Under the pieces are notes generated by a model that had not been told where the DNA came from, ran no database searches, and saw only the letters and a program-made list of their open reading frames with translations. From NCBI GenBank assembly GCA_963783375.1, contig CAWANH010000028.1, forward strand, positions 54,103 to 118,102: DNA of 64,000 bases, given 5' to 3'. Both the position numbers and the translations under genes were made by a program. Source of the DNA: Candidatus Eiseniibacteriota bacterium. Its GTDB lineage: Bacteria; Eisenbacteria; RBG-16-71-46; JABDJR01. Below are positions 62,827-64,000 of the stretch, one piece after another; position 1 is the first letter of the stretch; each line of letters opens with the position of its first letter.

Positions 62827-64000
62827 GTGTCGTTCCATCCAGGTTTGAAACGGTCTCCGGCCTCGCGGGGTATCTCGGGTCGATTTCGCGGCGTGGCGAG
62901 GGGGGCTGCGGCGGCCGCCCTCGCGTGCCTAGCGCTTTCCGGCGCGATCACATCCGGCGAGGATCGCGAAACGGGGCCGGCCTCCACCACCCTGCCCGCC
63001 GACAGCCTCACCGCCCGCTATCGCGAGGCCTCGGAGCGGTTGATCGCCGCGGCCCGGACGTCCTCCGACGCCTACGAGAACCTGGCCGTCCTCACCGACG
63101 AAATCGGGAACCGCCTCTCCGGTTCCGTGGGCATGAGCCGGGCCATCGACTGGGCCCAGGACCTCATGCGGCGGGAGGGGTTCGCCAACGTCCACGCGGA
63201 GTCCGTGATGGTGCCGGTCTGGGTGCGCGGGGAGGAGAGCGCGGAGATCGTCGCCCCGGTCCACCGCCGGCTCAGCATCCTGGGTCTGGGGCGAAGCGTG
63301 GGAACGCCCCCCGAAGGCGTCACCGCCGAGGTGCGGGTGGTGAGCACCTTCGCCGAGCTGGACTCCCTCGGCGCGGAGGCCGGGGGAAAGATCATCCTCT
63401 TCGACGCGCCCTTCGTGGACTACGAGACCACCGTGGCCTACCGGGTCCACGGCGCGTCCCGGGCGGCCCGGCTCGGCGCGGTGGCGACGCTGGTGCGCTC
63501 GATCACCCCGGCCAGCCTCGACACCCCTCACACCGGGACCCTCTTCTATGCCGGCGACGCCCCGCGCATCCCCGCCGCGGCGGTGACCCTGGAGGACGCC
63601 CAGCTCATCCATCGCATGGTCGCGCGGGGCGACACGGTGCGGGTGCATCTGACCATGGAGGCGCACACCCTCCCCGATGCGCCCTCGGCCAACGTGGTGG
63701 GGGAGATTCCGGGACACGAGCGGCCGGAGGAGATCGTGCTCCTGGGCTCGCACCTCGACTCCTGGGACGTGGGCCAGGGCGCGCAGGACGACGGGTCGGG
63801 ATGCCTGGCGGTGATCGAGGCCGCGCACCTGATCGGCAAGCTGGACCTCGGGCCCCGTCGGACGGTGCGGGTGGTGCTGTTCGTGAACGAGGAGGACGGC
63901 CTTCGCGGCGGGCTCGGGTACCGCGACCGCCATGCCGCCGAGCTCGAGCGTCACGTGGCGGCGATCGAGTCCGACCTGGGAAACGGCCCCCTTCAGGGGT
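62827..64000 (+). CDS. M28 family peptidase (carboxypeptidase Q-like, PA-domain containing), partial; runs off the right edge
   Basis: My own translation starts at GTG 62827, 9 nt after GGAGGAG. It has a signal-like segment, then ...AYENLAVLTDEIGNRLSGS..., HLDSWDVGQGAQDDGSGCLAVIEAA, VLFVNEEDGLRGG. There is no stop in the window. Confidence 0.8.
   Translation, partial: MSFHPGLKRSPASRGISGRFRGVARGAAAAALACLALSGAITSGEDRETGPASTTLPADSLTARYREASERLIAAARTSSDAYENLAVLTDEIGNRLSGSVGMSRAIDWAQDLMRREGFANVHAESVMVPVWVRGEESAEIVAPVHRRLSILGLGRSVGTPPEGVTAEVRVVSTFAELDSLGAEAGGKIILFDAPFVDYETTVAYRVHGASRAARLGAVATLVRSITPASLDTPHTGTLFYAGDAPRIPAAAVTLEDAQLIHRMVARGDTVRVHLTMEAHTLPDAPSANVVGEIPGHERPEEIVLLGSHLDSWDVGQGAQDDGSGCLAVIEAAHLIGKLDLGPRRTVRVVLFVNEEDGLRGGLGYRDRHAAELERHVAAIESDLGNGPLQG

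Noticed and set aside
1-64000. A search for CRISPR arrays, tRNA/rRNA genes, transposases, integrases, phage genes and toxin-antitoxin or known defence-system genes.
   Set aside because: I noticed no spaced direct repeats, no tRNA-like T-arm/acceptor patterns in the intergenic regions, and no ORFs with recombinase, transposase or phage hallmarks. The window looks like core chromosome.

Overview
Very GC-rich bacterial chromosomal segment carrying about 50 protein-coding genes. I saw no rRNA, tRNA, CRISPR array, transposase or integrase. Most long ORFs in the track are antisense shadow ORFs typical of high-GC DNA, so I kept only ORFs with recognisable protein features, RBSs or operon logic.

Left to right:
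- DUF1684 and a BNR-like gene.
- A 2Fe-2S ferredoxin-like gene followed by an unusual swivel-first fused aconitase-family protein.
- A CBM9/DUF5916 outer-membrane protein.
- A thioredoxin-fold/TPR gene interrupted by one in-frame TGA.
- An APC permease fused to two Usp domains.
- A DUF3307/SatD cassette, an MscS channel, a giant class A PBP-like protein and a PP2C phosphatase.
- A second thioredoxin-fold/TPR gene with an in-frame TGA, coupled to an EEP-family gene.
- A DUF692 (MNIO) plus partner operon lying divergent from an M28 peptidase.
- An SGNH hydrolase and trpS.
- A CheB-CheR-PAS-GAF histidine kinase with a NarL-type regulator.
- A sugar nucleotidyltransferase.
- An ECF sigma/anti-sigma operon.
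- An MdtABC-like efflux set (one MFP, two RND pumps) followed by a triple-repeat secreted protein.
- An FAD oxidoreductase/methyltransferase pair.
- A roughly 660-nt structured non-coding region.
- A LysM/DUF5715 gene.
- An AsnC-RAM / DsbD-N-like / redoxin module.
- A frameshifted aromatic amino acid decarboxylase.
- aceE-aceF-lpdA and a partial M28 peptidase.

Most interesting:
1. Two paralogous exported thioredoxin-fold proteins have TGA exactly at the first Cys of the CxxC motif. Each TGA is followed by a hairpin starting at +15. These are candidate UxxC selenoproteins that gene callers would truncate.
2. An orphan MNIO (DUF692) operon has no annotated substrate. There are two small candidate peptide ORFs at its 5' side.
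3. A large GC-rich hairpin-dense intergenic region is a candidate ncRNA or leader.

Caveat: at least four genes look split by single-nucleotide frameshifts, two of them in C/G homopolymer runs and one near such runs. Assembly indels are therefore likely, and start or frameshift calls should be checked against reads. All family assignments come from motif recognition by eye, not database searches.
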